This document shows positions 10,956 through 20,208 of a stretch of 64,000 nt of DNA, in pieces. This stretch comes from Actinomycetota bacterium (GTDB taxonomy: Bacteria; Actinomycetota; UBA4738). Where the stretch lies: assembly GCA_036406615.1 (NCBI GenBank), contig DASXAQ010000103.1:4574-68573 (forward strand), written 5' to 3'. The notes beneath the pieces were generated by a model. It was not told the DNA's origin and ran no database searches. It saw only the letters and a program-made list of their open reading frames with translations. Every line of letters begins with the position of its first letter. Position 1 is the stretch's first letter. The translations under genes were made by a program, and so were the position numbers.

Positions 10956-11702
10956 GTGACGGTCGTCAGGCTCCTGTTGGCGTACGACGGCACTGGGTTC
11001 CACGGCTGGGCGCGCCAGCCCCGCGTGCGCACCGTCCAGGGCGTCGTGGAGGATGCGCTCGCGCGCTTCCTCGGTGAGCGGCCCGTCCTGTCCGTCGCCG
11101 GTCGCACCGACGCCGGCGTCCATGCGGCCGGCCAGGTGGCGTCGTTCGTGTGGCCGGCTCCCGTCGACGTCGACCGTGTCCAGCGGGCGCTCAACGGCAT
11201 GCTGGGGCCGGAGGTGGCATGCCTTCGCGCGACACGGGCGGCCGACGGGTTCGACGCCCGCCGAAGCGCCACCGCCCGAGAGTACGTCTACCGCATCCAC
11301 ACGGGGGCGGCCGCAGACCCGTTCCGGTCCCGGTACGAGTGGCACCGCCCGGAACGGCTCGCCCTGGCGCCCATGCGGGCCGCGGCCCGCCACCTGGTGG
11401 GCGCGCACGACTTCCGGTCGTTCTGCCGGCTGCCGCCCGACGGCGGCGCGACCACCCGGACGCTGCGCACGCTGTCGGCCTCCGCGGCCGGCGAGCGCCT
11501 CGAGATCCGGGCCGTCGCCGACTCCTTCCTGCATCAGATGGTGCGCAGCCTCACCGGCACGCTGGTGGCGGCCGGGTCCGGGCGCCTGGACCCCGGGGAG
11601 GTGCCGCGGATCCTCGAGGCCCGGCGACGCGACGCCGCCGCACAGATGGCGCCTCCTCACGGGCTCACGTTGATGCGCGTCCGATACCGGGCGAACGGGT
11701 GA
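10956..11702 (+). CDS. truA: tRNA pseudouridine(38-40) synthase TruA
   Basis: LLAYDGTGFHGWARQP...VAGRTDAGVHAAGQV catalytic-Asp region. Follows rplQ as in Actinobacteria. Confidence 0.9.
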   Translation: MTVVRLLLAYDGTGFHGWARQPRVRTVQGVVEDALARFLGERPVLSVAGRTDAGVHAAGQVASFVWPAPVDVDRVQRALNGMLGPEVACLRATRAADGFDARRSATAREYVYRIHTGAAADPFRSRYEWHRPERLALAPMRAAARHLVGAHDFRSFCRLPPDGGATTRTLRTLSASAAGERLEIRAVADSFLHQMVRSLTGTLVAAGSGRLDPGEVPRILEARRRDAAAQMAPPHGLTLMRVRYRANG

Positions 11703-11880
11703 ACGATGGACGAACGTTGGTACTTTAGGCGCGAATTAGCCCGATCGCCCTATTGATGGTCCGCGCGGCGTCGACCATCCTTGGAGCGCGGCCCGGGCTG
11801 GGTGAATCGGGTCTAGACAGGATGGGCTAGCAGACCCTAGTCTGTTACCTCCGTCGGCGCGGGGCGCTGCTTTTGAACAC

Positions 11881-13323
11881 ATGCTGACCAGAGAACGCAC
11901 GACCGAGTTCGCTCCTGAGGAGCGCGTCCTTCCCCCTCGGGGAGGGACGGTTCAGCGTTTCGCCCGGTTGGCGGTCTGGGTGGCCGTCACCGACGTGCTC
12001 GCGCTCATCGCCGCCATGGGGATGGCCTACTGGGTCCGCTACGGGCTCAAGGCGCCGGGGTTCAAACCCGACCTCGTCGTGCTGCTGGCGCCGCTCATCT
12101 TCGTTCCCATCTACGCGGCACTGCGCCTCTACAGCCTGTCGCGGTTGTCCCCCGCGGAGGAGTTCCGGCGAATCCCGGCAGGCGTGAGCCTCGGCATCAG
12201 CGCCCTGGTCGTGCTGGGGTTCTGGTCGAAGGCCACGTATTCGCGCCTGTGGATCGGCATGGTCTGGGGATTCGCGCTGCTGTTGACGTTCATTGCGCGC
12301 AAGTGCTGGCACGTGTACATGGGCCGGGCCAAGGCGCGCGGGGCGCTGTCGTTCCGCACGCTGGTCGTTGGCTCGAACCAGGAGGCCCGCCGGGTCGCCC
12401 AGGCCATGAAGACCCCGGCCCTCGGCTTCGAGCCGGTCGGGTTCGTCACGCTGAAGTCCGACTATGTGCGGCTGGACGGGCTGCCGGTGTACGACTCCTG
12501 TTCGATCGAGGACGCCATCCGCGACTGCCACGCCGACTGCGTGTTCGTCGCGGCCAGCGACGTGACCTCGGAACAGATGGCCACGATCACCAAGGCCGCG
12601 CGCGTCGCGGGCGTCGAGATCCGCGTCTCGGCCAACCTGGCGGAGATCCTGTCGTCGCGGCTCACCGTGCAGACGATCGGCAACCTGCTCGCGCTGTCGC
12701 TTCGCCCGGTGAACCTCACCGGGCGCCAGGCGCTGCTCAAGCGGACGTTCGACGTCGTGGTGTCCAGCCTCGCGCTGGTCATCACCCTCCCGTTGTGGCT
12801 GGTGATCGCCATCGCGCTCAAGCTCGAGACGCACGGGCCGGTTCTGTACCGGCAGGAGCGCATCGGCGCGAAGGGCCGGCCGTTCCAGATCCTGAAGTTC
12901 CGAACGATGGTCGTCGGCGCCGACCGGATGCTGGACGAGCTGCAGCATCGCAACGAGGCCACCGGCCCGATGTTCAAGCTTCGCGACGACCCCCGCGTCA
13001 CCCGGGTCGGGCGGTACCTGCGCCGCTTCAGCCTGGACGAGCTGCCCCAGCTGGTGAACGTTCTGAAGGGAGAGATGAGCCTGGTGGGTCCGCGGCCGGC
13101 GCTGCCGAGCGAGGTCGCGGCCTACGAGGACTGGCACCTGGACCGGCTGGAGGTGCCGCCTGGCATCACCGGCCTGTGGCAGATCCGCGGCCGCAGCCAG
13201 CTCCCGTTCGACGCCTACGTGCGCCTGGACCTGTTCTACATCGAGAACTGGTCGATGGCCTACGACCTGTACATCCTGGCGGAGACGCTTCCGGCCGTGT
13301 TCACGCGCAAGGGCGCCTACTAG
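11881..13323 (+). CDS. Polyprenyl-phosphate hexose-1-phosphate transferase (WbaP/CpsE-like bacterial sugar transferase)
   Basis: N-terminal TM helices, a central CoA-binding-like domain, and a C-terminal sugar-transferase domain with RPGITGLWQI and ERIGAKGRPFQILKFRTM motifs. Confidence 0.85.
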   Translation: MLTRERTTEFAPEERVLPPRGGTVQRFARLAVWVAVTDVLALIAAMGMAYWVRYGLKAPGFKPDLVVLLAPLIFVPIYAALRLYSLSRLSPAEEFRRIPAGVSLGISALVVLGFWSKATYSRLWIGMVWGFALLLTFIARKCWHVYMGRAKARGALSFRTLVVGSNQEARRVAQAMKTPALGFEPVGFVTLKSDYVRLDGLPVYDSCSIEDAIRDCHADCVFVAASDVTSEQMATITKAARVAGVEIRVSANLAEILSSRLTVQTIGNLLALSLRPVNLTGRQALLKRTFDVVVSSLALVITLPLWLVIAIALKLETHGPVLYRQERIGAKGRPFQILKFRTMVVGADRMLDELQHRNEATGPMFKLRDDPRVTRVGRYLRRFSLDELPQLVNVLKGEMSLVGPRPALPSEVAAYEDWHLDRLEVPPGITGLWQIRGRSQLPFDAYVRLDLFYIENWSMAYDLYILAETLPAVFTRKGAY

Positions 13324-13479
13324 GGGTCTCCGCCGCCCGCCGGGGCAGCCCGGGACCGGGTCCGACCAGCGGGAATCTAGTATCCTTCCCGGGCTCTCCG
13401 CGTACGGATCCGGGCGTCAGCGCGTCCCGACCAGTCGCCGGCGAGCCGCCGAGACCCTGGCCAGTCCGAAGAGACACCG

Positions 13480-14277
13480 ATGAAGACTTACGCCCCGAAG
13501 CCCGCCGACATCGAGCGCGGGTGGTACGTGGTCGACGCCGACGGCGTCGTCCTCGGCCGCCTGGCATCCGAGGTCGCCAAGATCCTTCGCGGCAAGCACA
13601 AGCCCATCTACGCTCCACACGCCGACACCGGCGACCACGTGATCGTGGTCAACGCGTCCGGGATCCGGCTGACCGGCGGCAAGGAGACGAAGAAGGTCTA
13701 CTCGCGCCACTCGGGCTATCCGGGCGGGCTGACGCAGGTGGACTACGGGCGACTGATGTCCGAGCGCCCGGCCGTGGCCGTCGAGCGTGCGGTCCGCGGC
13801 ATGCTCCCCAAGAACCGCCTCGGCCGCAAGATGCTCGGCAAGCTCTCGGTGTACGAGGGCGCCGAGCACCGGCACCAGGCGCAGAAGCCGAAGCCGCTGG
13901 CGCTCGGTGAGGTGCCGCCCTGGACGGGCCTGCCGGTTCCCGCGCCCAAGCCCGAGCCGAAGCCGAAGGCCGAGGCGCCGCGCCGTCGCGGCGCGGCCAA
14001 GCCCGCCGGCGGCAAGCCCGCGAGCCGTTCCGGCTCCGCTGCGGGTGGACGAGCCGCGGGGGCCAGGGGCGGGACGAAGTCGGCGACGAGGAAGTCGGCG
14101 ACGCGAAAGTCGGCGACGCGAAAGTCGTCGACGCGGTCCGGCACATCGACGTCGGCGCGCCCGTCGACGGCGAAGAGCACCGCGAAGTCGAGCGCCGAGT
14201 CGACGGCGAAGTCGACCGCGAAGGCGAGCACGCGCACGCGGCGGACGAAGGCCGCGTCGAAGGCCGAACAGGAGTAG
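13480..14277 (+). CDS. rplM: 50S ribosomal protein L13 with a ~125-aa basic low-complexity C-terminal extension
   Basis: L13 core [42 protein letters not shown]...[10 protein letters not shown]. The tail carries [17 protein letters not shown] and [22 protein letters not shown] repeats. Confidence 0.92.
   Translation: MKTYAPKPADIERGWYVVDADGVVLGRLASEVAKILRGKHKPIYAPHADTGDHVIVVNASGIRLTGGKETKKVYSRHSGYPGGLTQVDYGRLMSERPAVAVERAVRGMLPKNRLGRKMLGKLSVYEGAEHRHQAQKPKPLALGEVPPWTGLPVPAPKPEPKPKAEAPRRRGAAKPAGGKPASRSGSAAGGRAAGARGGTKSATRKSATRKSATRKSSTRSGTSTSARPSTAKSTAKSSAESTAKSTAKASTRTRRTKAASKAEQE
14075..14134 (+). repeat. Imperfect 15-bp tandem repeat (~4 copies, GAAGTCGGCGACGMG) inside the rplM tail
   Basis: Direct reading of gacgaagtcggcgacgaggaagtcggcgacgcgaaagtcggcgacgcgaaagtcgtcgacgcgg. 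It encodes the (T/A)RKSA peptide repeats. Confidence 0.7.
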
Positions 14278-14281
14278 GGAG

Positions 14282-14683
14282 ATGGCGGAGACCACGACGA
14301 CCCGGGCCCTGGGAACCGGCCGCCGCAAGGAAGCGATCGCGCGCGTCACGGTGACGCCGGGCACGGGCCAATTCGTCCTGAACGGACGCACGCTCGAGGA
14401 TTACTTCCCGAACCGCGCGCACCGTATGCAGGTCGCCGCGCCGCTTCGGGTCATCGGCCGCGAGAAGGACTTCGACGTCGTCGCCCGCATCGAGGGCGGC
14501 GGCGTGAACGGCCAGGCGGGAGCGCTTCGCCACGGGATCGCGCGCGCCCTGATCCAGTACGACCCCGAGGTGCGGCCGCAGCTCAAGCGCGAGGGCTTCC
14601 TGACGCGGGACTCGAGGGAGAAGGAGCGGCGCAAGTACGGCCTCAAGAAGGCGCGCAAAGCTCCGCAGTACTCCAAGCGGTAA
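14282..14683 (+). CDS. rpsI: 30S ribosomal protein S9
   Basis: [14 protein letters not shown]...[24 protein letters not shown] is the S9 C-terminus. Confidence 0.95.
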   Translation: MAETTTTRALGTGRRKEAIARVTVTPGTGQFVLNGRTLEDYFPNRAHRMQVAAPLRVIGREKDFDVVARIEGGGVNGQAGALRHGIARALIQYDPEVRPQLKREGFLTRDSREKERRKYGLKKARKAPQYSKR

Positions 14684-14746
14684 TCGCGGGCGCGCGGGCC
14701 TTCGACCTCCTCGTTGCGAACGAACGCGCGGTTTCGATCGGGCGCG

Positions 14747-15028
14747 TCAGCCGGTCGAGCCGTCGGCAGAGTCGGTCTCGGCCGCGAGCGTTCCGGACGC
14801 CGCTTCGGCAAGCAGCTCCCGCGCGGCGGCCTCGTCCTGTTCGAACACCCACAGGTACACGGCACCGGTCTTGTAGACGCCCTCGCCTTCGCCCTTCATC
14901 AGCACGGGGATGCCCGCGGACTCCAACAGGCCCTTGGCCAGCTCCGCCTCGGGCAGCGAGCCCGAGGTGAACACGCGCACGAGCTTGCTCGCGTCGAGCT
15001 CCGGGTTGGGTTCGTCCATTGGCTCCAT
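14747..15028 (-). CDS. DUF2007-like small protein (putative signal-transducing, PII-like fold)
   Basis: LVRVFTSGSLPEAELAKGLLESAGIPVLMKGEGEG motif. Start taken at MEPMDEP, but the 15058 TTG and 15019 starts are also possible. Divergent from glmM. Confidence 0.55.
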   Translation of the reverse strand: MEPMDEPNPELDASKLVRVFTSGSLPEAELAKGLLESAGIPVLMKGEGEGVYKTGAVYLWVFEQDEAAARELLAEAASGTLAAETDSADGSTG

Positions 15029-15051
15029 GGCGCCCCCGTAAGATAGCCCAT

Positions 15052-16392
15052 ATGCCAAGGCTGTTCGGAACCGACGGCATCCGGCTCATCGCGAACTCCG
15101 AGCTCACCGGCGACCTCGCCCATGGAATCGGTCGTGCCGCGATCGTCGCGCTGAACGAATCGCGCGGCCGGCGTCCGCGCATCGCGGTGGGGCGCGACAC
15201 GCGCGCGTCGGGCGAGTTCCTGGAGGCGGCGCTCGTCTCGGGCATCTGTTCCGCGGGCGGCGACGCGCTGCTGCTCGGCGTCGTGACCACGCCGGGCGTC
15301 GCGTTCCTGACCCGCGACCTCGAAGCGACCGCCGGGATCGTGATCTCGGCGTCGCACAACCCCGTGGAGTACAACGGCATCAAGATCTTCGGCGCGAACG
15401 GATACAAGCTGCCGGACGAGGTGGAGGACGACATCGAACGCACGCTGTCGGCGGACGACGGTCCCCGGCCGACGGGGCGGGGCATCGGCAGGATCCGGCC
15501 GGCGGCGGACGCGCACCGGCGGTACCTGGACCACCTGGCCGGCGCGGCCGAGGGGACGCTCGACGGGATGCGGCTGGTCGTCGACTGCGCCAACGGGTCG
15601 GCCTCGGCGGACGCGCCGGCGCTGTTCCGCCGACTCGGGGCCGACGTCGTCGAGCTGAACGCCGAACCGGACGGGTGGAACATCAACGAGGGCGGCGGCG
15701 CGACGCAGCCGGAGGCCATGGCGGCCACGGTCGTCGCCGCGTCGGCCGACGCCGGCGTTGCGTTCGACGGCGACGCCGACCGCGCGATCTTCGCCGACGC
15801 CGAGGGCAACGTGATCGACGGCGACCAGGTGCTCGCCGCGTGCGCGGTGGCGATGCACGAGGACGGCGCGCTTCCCGGCGACCAGGTCGTTGCCACGGTG
15901 ATGTCGAACCTCGGGCTGCGCCGGTGCCTGCACGAGGCCGGCGTGGCGATGCTTGAGACCCGGGTCGGCGACCGCTACGTGCTCGAGGAGATGCTCCGAT
16001 CCGGCGCGGCGCTCGGCGGCGAGCAGTCCGGGCATGTCATCTTCATGGCGCATGCCACCACGGGCGACGGGCTGCTCACGGGCGTGCACTTCCTCACCCT
16101 CGCCACGCGTCGCGGCGTTCCGGTGTCGAAGCTGGCCGCCACGATGCGCCGATACCCGCAGGCGCTCGTCAACGTCGAGGTCCGCGACCGCGAGGCCCTG
16201 GACGGCGCCGACGAGGTCTGGGCGGCGGTGCGCGGCGCGGAGGGGGCCATGGGCGAGCGAGGCCGCGTCCTGGTGCGGGCGTCGGGGACGGAACCGCTGG
16301 TCAGGGTCATGGTGGAGGCCCCCACGCAGGAGGAGGCCGACGGCTACGCGGAGTCCATCGCGGGCTCCGTCCGGGTGGCCCTCGGCGCCTGA
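15052..16392 (+). CDS. glmM: Phosphoglucosamine mutase
   Basis: MPRLFGTDGIRL..., active-site GIVISASHNP, follows rpsI as in Actinobacteria. Confidence 0.93.
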   Translation: MPRLFGTDGIRLIANSELTGDLAHGIGRAAIVALNESRGRRPRIAVGRDTRASGEFLEAALVSGICSAGGDALLLGVVTTPGVAFLTRDLEATAGIVISASHNPVEYNGIKIFGANGYKLPDEVEDDIERTLSADDGPRPTGRGIGRIRPAADAHRRYLDHLAGAAEGTLDGMRLVVDCANGSASADAPALFRRLGADVVELNAEPDGWNINEGGGATQPEAMAATVVAASADAGVAFDGDADRAIFADAEGNVIDGDQVLAACAVAMHEDGALPGDQVVATVMSNLGLRRCLHEAGVAMLETRVGDRYVLEEMLRSGAALGGEQSGHVIFMAHATTGDGLLTGVHFLTLATRRGVPVSKLAATMRRYPQALVNVEVRDREALDGADEVWAAVRGAEGAMGERGRVLVRASGTEPLVRVMVEAPTQEEADGYAESIAGSVRVALGA

Positions 16393-16440
16393 ATCGCGTC
16401 CCCGGGCGGTCCCGGCCGCCGGGGTACCATGGACCGTCGC

Positions 16441-18267
16441 ATGTGCGGGATCGTCGCCTACGTGGGGCCCGAGCAGGCCCTTCCCATCCTGATCGAGGGG
16501 CTTCGGCGTCTCGAATATCGCGGCTACGATTCGGCCGGTGTCGCCGTCGTGGATGGCGGCCTGGGGGTCGTGAAGCGTGCCGGCAAGCTGTCGGAGCTCG
16601 AGGCGGCCCTGGCCGAGCACGGGTCCCCCGCCGGCACGACCGGGATGGGCCACACGCGCTGGGCGACGCACGGCGCGCCCACCGACCGCAACGCGCACCC
16701 GCACCTGGACTGCTCCGGCGCGGTCGCCGTCATCCACAACGGGATCATCGAGAACTACCAGTCGCTGCGCGAGGGCCTGGCCAAGTCCGGTCACCGCCTG
16801 GTTTCCGAGACCGACACCGAGTGCGTCGCACACCTGATCGAAGACGTGTACGCCGGCGACCTGGCCGCCGCCGTTCGATCGGCCGTCGCGCAGCTGACCG
16901 GCGCCTACGCGCTGGTCGTCACCCACGCCGCGCAGCCCGGCGTCGTCGTCGGCGCGAAGGTCTCGTCCCCGCTCGTCGTCGGCCTGGGGGACGGGGAGAA
17001 CCTGCTGGCCTCCGACATCCCGGCGCTGCTGTCGCGGACGTCGAGCTTCGTGCCGGTCGACGAGAACCAGATCGTCGAGATCCGGCCCGACGCCGTGCGC
17101 ATCACCGACCTGGACGGCGGCGATGTCGAGATCACGCCGATGGAGGTCACGTGGGACCTGGCGGCCGCGCAGAAGGGCGGCTACCCCGACTTCATGCTGA
17201 AGGAGATCCACGAGCAGCCCGCGGCGGTCGCCGACACGCTGCGGGGGCGCATCGGGGCGCACGGCCGGCTGGAGCTCGACGAGCTGTCCATGCGCGAGGA
17301 CCAGATCCGCGACGTCGACAAGGTGTTCGTGGTGGCGTGCGGGACGGCGTTTCACGCGGGACTCGTGGCGAAGTACGCGATCGAGCACTGGGTTCGGATG
17401 CCGGTCGAGATCGAGATCGCCAGCGAGTTCCGCTATCGCGACCCCGTCCTCGACGCGCGCACGCTGACGCTCGGCGTGTCGCAGTCGGGCGAGACGATCG
17501 ACACCCTGGAGGCGGTCCGCCACGCGCGTCGCCAGGAGTCGCACGTGATCGCGATCTCGAACACCGTCGGCTCCTCGATCGCACGGGAGTCCGACGGTGT
17601 GCTGTACACGCACGCGGGGCCCGAGGTCGGCGTGGCGGCGACGAAGACGTTCGCGACCCAGATGGCCGCGCTGCACCTGACGGCGCTGTACCTGGCGCAG
17701 GTCCGCGGCACGCTGTTCCCGGAAGAGATCGCCGAGCGCGTCGCGATGATGCGGCGCCTGCCCGAGCAGGTGCAGCGCGCGCTTGGGCTGGAGGAGCAGG
17801 CGCGCGCGCTTGCCGAGCGCTACGGCAGCGCGCGCGACGTGTTGTTCATCGGCCGGCACACGGGGTATCCGGCGGCGCTCGAGGGCGCGCTGAAGCTCAA
17901 GGAGATCTCGTACATCCACGCGGAGGGCTACCCCGGCGGTGAGCTGAAGCACGGGCCCATCGCCCTCGTGGAGCCCGGGGTGCCGGTCGTGGCCGTCGCC
18001 ACGGAATGTCACGTGCGTCCGAAGATGCTGTCGAACATCCAGGAGGTGAAGGCACGCGGGGCGGAGGTGATCGCGGTGGCCACCGAGGGCGATGCCGAGA
18101 TCGCCGCGCTCGCCGACCACGTCCTGTACGTGCCGCGAACCGACGAGCTGCTGTCGCCGATCGTCGTGTCCGTGCCGCTGCAACTGTTCGCGTACCACGC
18201 GGCCAAGCTCCGCGGCTGCGACGTCGACCAGCCGCGGAACCTGGCCAAGAGCGTGACGGTCGAGTAG
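16441..18267 (+). CDS. glmS: Glutamine--fructose-6-phosphate aminotransferase
   Basis: MCGIVAYVG N-terminal nucleophile, two SIS domains, and a C-terminal ...KSVTVE. Confidence 0.95.
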   Translation: MCGIVAYVGPEQALPILIEGLRRLEYRGYDSAGVAVVDGGLGVVKRAGKLSELEAALAEHGSPAGTTGMGHTRWATHGAPTDRNAHPHLDCSGAVAVIHNGIIENYQSLREGLAKSGHRLVSETDTECVAHLIEDVYAGDLAAAVRSAVAQLTGAYALVVTHAAQPGVVVGAKVSSPLVVGLGDGENLLASDIPALLSRTSSFVPVDENQIVEIRPDAVRITDLDGGDVEITPMEVTWDLAAAQKGGYPDFMLKEIHEQPAAVADTLRGRIGAHGRLELDELSMREDQIRDVDKVFVVACGTAFHAGLVAKYAIEHWVRMPVEIEIASEFRYRDPVLDARTLTLGVSQSGETIDTLEAVRHARRQESHVIAISNTVGSSIARESDGVLYTHAGPEVGVAATKTFATQMAALHLTALYLAQVRGTLFPEEIAERVAMMRRLPEQVQRALGLEEQARALAERYGSARDVLFIGRHTGYPAALEGALKLKEISYIHAEGYPGGELKHGPIALVEPGVPVVAVATECHVRPKMLSNIQEVKARGAEVIAVATEGDAEIAALADHVLYVPRTDELLSPIVVSVPLQLFAYHAAKLRGCDVDQPRNLAKSVTVE

Positions 18268-18286
18268 TGGCCGCGCGCTGAGGCCC

Positions 18287-18661
18287 ATGGACGTCGTCGG
18301 CATCGGCGTGGATCTCGTCGACGTGCAGCGGGTCCAGCGGATGCTCGATCGCCATCCCACGTTCGCGCCCCGCGTGTTCACGCCGCAGGAGATCGAGTAC
18401 TGCGACCGTCAGGGTAGTCCCGCGGAGAGCTACGCGGCGCGGTGGGCCGCACGCGAGGCGTGCCGAAAGGCGCTCGGCGGCGTGCGCGGCATGCGCTGGC
18501 ACGAGGTGCGCGTCGATCGCGCGCCCACCGGCGCGCCGGCGCTGGCGTTGAGCGGCAACGTCGCGCGGCGGGCGGCCGCCCTGGGCGTGACCGAGGTGAA
18601 GGTGGCGCTCACGCACGAGCGCCGGATGGCGGCGGCGTTCTGCGTCGCGGTGACCGCCTGA
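18287..18661 (+). CDS. acpS: Holo-[acyl-carrier-protein] synthase
   Basis: GIGVDLVDVQRV...ARWAAREACRKALG 4'-phosphopantetheinyl-transferase motif, 124 aa. Confidence 0.9.
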   Translation: MDVVGIGVDLVDVQRVQRMLDRHPTFAPRVFTPQEIEYCDRQGSPAESYAARWAAREACRKALGGVRGMRWHEVRVDRAPTGAPALALSGNVARRAAALGVTEVKVALTHERRMAAAFCVAVTA

Positions 18662-20208
18662 TGCTGCCGATCCTGACGCCCGCGCAGGCCATGGCGCTGG
18701 ACCGCGACGCCGCCGCGCGCGGCGTCGCCGTCCTGGATCTGATGGAGCGCGCGGGCCGCGCGGTGGCCCGCGCGGCCCAGGACATCGCCGGCGGCGCCTA
18801 CGGCCGGCGGGCGGTCGTGGTGTGCGGGAGTGGCAACAACGGCGGCGACGGACTCGTCGCGGCCCGGCACCTCGAACGCGCGGGGTTGGGCGTGACCGCG
18901 GTGCTGATCGCCGGACCTTCGTCGTTCGCCGGCCCGGCCGCGGAGAACTTCCGGCGCTTCCACGCGTCCGGCGGCCGCTGGCGCACCCTCGGCGAGGGTT
19001 CCCCCGGCATGGTGGGCTTGCGGCGCGAGCTGTCGCGGGCCGACGTCGCGATCGATGCGATGTTCGGCACCGGCTTCCACGGTCCCGCCGCGGGCACGGC
19101 CGCCGCCGCGATCGAGGCCGTCAACGCCTCGGCCGCCGCCGTCGTGGCCGTGGACATCCCCTCCGGCGTGGACGGGGAGAGCGGCGCGGTCGCCGGCCCC
19201 GCGATCGAGGCCGACACGACGGTGACCTTCGGCGCGCTCAAGCCGGGCGTTGCCTTCTACCCCGGCGCCGCCTTCGCCGGCGAGGTGCTCGTCGCCGACA
19301 TCGGGTTCCCGCCGGACCTGGTGCGAAGCGATCTGGTGCTCGTCGAATCGCGCGATGTGGCGCCGCCGGTCGTCGACCGGGAAGCGCACAAGCGCTCGCG
19401 GGGGACGGCCTTGATCGTTGCGGGGTCGCGGCGGATGACCGGCGCCGCGGCGTTGTGCGCGTCCTCCGCCGGACGGGCCGGCGCGGGCCTGGTGGTGCTC
19501 GCCGTGCCGGAGAGCATCGTGCCCGTCGTGCAGGGCCTGGTGCCCGAGGCGGTCTTCGCGCCCCTGCCCGAGACGCCGGAGGGAACGATCGCGGCATCTG
19601 CCGTGTCGCAGGTCCTCGAGCGCGCGGCGGATGCGCACGCGGTGGCGATCGGGCCGGGGCTGACGACGAACGAGGAGACGGCGCAGGCGGTTCGCCGCCT
19701 GGTTGCCGAGTGCGAGCGCCCGATGGTGGTGGACGCCGACGGCCTCGGCGCGTTCGCCGGCCGCGCCGAGCTGCTCGCGGAGCGCCGGGCGCCCGCCGTG
19801 CTGACGCCGCACGCCGGCGAGTTCGGCCGGCTGGTCGGCATGTCCGCGCAGGACGTCGGCGCCGATCGCGTCGGCCTGGTGCGAAAGGCCGCCGAGGAGC
19901 TTCGATGCACGGTGCTGCTCAAGGGGCCGCGCACGCTCGTGGCCGACCCCGACGGCATCGTGCGCGTGAACCCGACCGGCGGACCCTCGCTGGCGACCGG
20001 GGGGACCGGCGACGTGCTCACGGGGATGGTGGCGGCGCACCTGGCCGCGCGCCGTGGCGAGCCGACGACCGTCGCGGTCGCCGCCGCGTTCGAGCACGGG
20101 CTCGCCGGGGACCTCGCGGCCTCGGAGCTCGGCGACGGGATGGTGGCCTCGGACCTGCTGCGGTTCGTGCCGGTCGCGGTCTTCCGGCGGTTCGCGGGGC
20201 CGTCGTGA
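18661..20208 (+). CDS. nnr: Bifunctional NAD(P)H-hydrate epimerase/dehydratase (YjeF N+C)
   Basis: VVVCGSGNNGGDGLVAARHL (YjeF-N) and ...GGTGDVLTGMVAA (carbohydrate-kinase-like C domain). ATG overlaps the acpS stop. Confidence 0.88.
   Translation: MLPILTPAQAMALDRDAAARGVAVLDLMERAGRAVARAAQDIAGGAYGRRAVVVCGSGNNGGDGLVAARHLERAGLGVTAVLIAGPSSFAGPAAENFRRFHASGGRWRTLGEGSPGMVGLRRELSRADVAIDAMFGTGFHGPAAGTAAAAIEAVNASAAAVVAVDIPSGVDGESGAVAGPAIEADTTVTFGALKPGVAFYPGAAFAGEVLVADIGFPPDLVRSDLVLVESRDVAPPVVDREAHKRSRGTALIVAGSRRMTGAAALCASSAGRAGAGLVVLAVPESIVPVVQGLVPEAVFAPLPETPEGTIAASAVSQVLERAADAHAVAIGPGLTTNEETAQAVRRLVAECERPMVVDADGLGAFAGRAELLAERRAPAVLTPHAGEFGRLVGMSAQDVGADRVGLVRKAAEELRCTVLLKGPRTLVADPDGIVRVNPTGGPSLATGGTGDVLTGMVAAHLAARRGEPTTVAVAAAFEHGLAGDLAASELGDGMVASDLLRFVPVAVFRRFAGPS

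Noticed and set aside
16393-16440. Possible glmS ribozyme or riboswitch upstream of glmS.
   Set aside because: The spacer is only ~48 nt, far too short for the ~150-nt ribozyme core, and the element is not known in high-GC Actinobacteria.
14899-18381. 1160-aa ORF on the minus strand, plus similar giants at 19257-21683, 41923-46215, 49508-52480, 9531-11660 and 1682-2920.
   Set aside because: They run antisense to well-supported genes (glmM/glmS, alr, pcrA, sucCD, rpoA, rplE). They are stop-codon-poor artefacts of ~70% GC, and their translations are Arg/Ala/Gly/Pro low-complexity with no motifs.
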